Source: Proteobacteria bacterium UBA6156 (lineage in GTDB: Bacteria; Pseudomonadota; Alphaproteobacteria; UBA2136; UBA6156). From it: DNA of 64,000 bases. Position 1 is the first letter of the stretch; each line of letters opens with the position of its first letter. A model generated the notes under the pieces. The model was not told the DNA's origin. It saw nothing but the letters and a program-made list of their open reading frames with translations, and did not search any database. This document shows positions 63,118-64,000 of the stretch, piece by piece. A program made the translations under genes and the position numbers. The DNA lies in the NCBI GenBank assembly GCA_002422365.1, contig DIUO01000010.1, positions 2,739 through 66,738 on the forward strand. Reading direction: 5' to 3'.

Positions 63118-63238
63118 GGGGGGCAGGGGGTCGCCAGACCCCCTGAAACAGCTTCGCTGTCATCCCGGAAGGTAGCAAAGCCAAAACGGGGTAGGGGCCC
63201 CCGTTTTGTGTCTTTGCTCCTGTCCGGGACAAGCCCTC
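63118..63238 (+). repeat. Family C element, copy C3 (first of a direct pair)
   Basis: GGGGGTCGCCAGACCCCC hairpin, then CATCCCGGAAGGTAGCAAAGCCAAAACGGGGTAGGGGCCCCCGTTTTGTGTCTTTGCTCCTGTCCGGGACAAGCCCTCT. Confidence 0.75.
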
Positions 63239-63307
63239 TACAAACTTAAACTTCAACTAAAGCGACACACTTCGCTTTATTCATTTTAACTCACCGTACA
63301 AAATTGC

Positions 63308-63428
63308 CAGGGGGCGAGGGGGTTTACCCCCTCATACAGCTCTGCTGTCATCCCGGAAGGTAGCAAAGCCAAAACGGGGTAGGAGCCCCCGTTTTGTGTC
63401 TTTGCTCCTGTCCGGGACAAGCCCTCTT
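63308..63428 (+). repeat. Family C element, copy C4 (second of the direct pair)
   Basis: Near-identical to the 3' ~95 nt of C3 (GCTGTCATCCCGGAAGG...GGGACAAGCCCTCT). The first hairpin is compensated (GGGGGTTTACCCCC). Confidence 0.75.
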
Positions 63429-63586
63429 CCAGCACAGCGTAGAAAACTGAAGCTATTTCACATAGCCAAATGAAAATCGAAGACCAAACCAAAATTCTGC
63501 CTCCATGGCGGCGAAGGCCGCCATCCACGAATGAAGACTCCAGCCGAACCAATCACCTCGCCCATTGCCTCTGCTCTCATACCCAT

Positions 63587-63613
63587 AAAAAATGAAGGCC
63601 CCAAAGGGCCTCC
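63587..63613 (-). terminator. Rho-independent terminator (minus strand)
   Basis: The minus strand reads GGAGGCCC-TTTG-GGGCCTTC, then ATTTTTT, 25 nt after the stop of 63638-63898. Confidence 0.5.
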
Positions 63614-63637
63614 ACATTCGCAAATCAGAGCAGGGGC

Positions 63638-63898
63638 CTAGTCCCGCAACTCCTCATGGTCCCACCCGCCGCGCGGTTCCGTCACAGCCACTTGAGATTC
63701 GGACTGCTTTTCCTCGTTATCTGTCGGCACAGGCGCAGGGAAATGCGAAAACCGCCCACTGCGCTCCGGCAAGTACACACTTGCAGCGCGAGGGCCTTCC
63801 GGCGCTTCAGCCTCCACCATGCCGTCATCCTCCTTGGCCGTCGGCGCTACAGTTTTGTCGCTGCCAAAAGCACGTTCACCGCTCACAAAGTAGCTCAT
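63638..63898 (-). CDS. hypothetical small acidic protein (86 aa)
   Basis: ATG at 63898 with GGAGAGG RBS. MSYFVSGERAFGSDKTVAPTAKEDDGMVEAEAPEG.... No family recognised. Confidence 0.5.
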   Translation of the reverse strand: MSYFVSGERAFGSDKTVAPTAKEDDGMVEAEAPEGPRAASVYLPERSGRFSHFPAPVPTDNEEKQSESQVAVTEPRGGWDHEELRD

Positions 63899-64000
63899 AG
63901 TCCTCTCCACAGGTTTCAGGTGGGTCTGGCCCACCGGTTACATTTTACTCTGGAAAATTTACTCAGAACTTAAACGCCGTGCACCAAACCAACCTGCTAA

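Noticed and set aside
63286-63552. 88-aa ORF on the minus strand
   Set aside because: It is almost entirely made of the family C4 repeat hairpin sequence and has no RBS, so it is most likely a chance ORF in repeat DNA.
1-64000. Prophage, integrative element, IS/transposon or integron as the explanation for the inserted low-GC genes
   Set aside because: No integrase, transposase, recombinase, phage structural gene, tRNA attachment site or attC/attI-like organisation could be identified in any frame. The only mobility-associated genes seen are the small GIY-YIG nucleases.

Overview
High-GC (~60%) chromosomal segment with alphaproteobacterium-like gene content and order: lpxA-lpxI-lpxB, two GGDEF genes, dcd-maf-RNase E/G, an O-antigen-ligase-like gene, zapE, a complete nuoA-N operon, birA-rnj, rplM-rpsI, bactofilin, pgk, zapA, map, radC and sfsA. 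I saw no rRNA, tRNA, CRISPR, transposase or integrase. All functional calls come from motif recognition in the supplied translations, because no database search was possible. Four things stand out. (1) The nuo operon spans about 24 kb (18867-42905) because roughly 22 non-nuo ORFs sit at 8 of its 13 junctions. Several overlap nuo genes by ATGA or TAATG. They include three MazG-like NTP pyrophosphohydrolases, a NUDIX hydrolase, a P-loop kinase, two GNATs, peptidase-like proteins and secreted proteins, and many have visibly lower GC. (2) The intergenic DNA is dense with at least four repeat families. One is an ~86-nt hairpin element present in 9 copies, always just after a stop codon and always co-oriented with that gene, with clear compensatory base changes. 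Another is a CA-rich 7-nt microsatellite (AAACACG-like). It lies directly in front of start codons, forms C-terminal tails, and is inserted in frame inside nuoG, nuoL and an ABC ATPase. (3) The octamer GGGCAGGG, which matches the E. coli KOPS consensus GGGNAGGG, occurs at least 22 times on the + strand and once on the - strand by manual scan. (4) Other notable items are three small GIY-YIG nuclease paralogs (one frameshifted) next to repeats, intragenic GC mosaics (maf, an HTH-methyltransferase fusion), a Met-rich hexapeptide-repeat protein behind a long structured leader, and several short hydrophobic ORFs that have their own RBS and terminator. Most long ORFs in the track that run antisense to these genes are GC-rich shadow frames and are not called.
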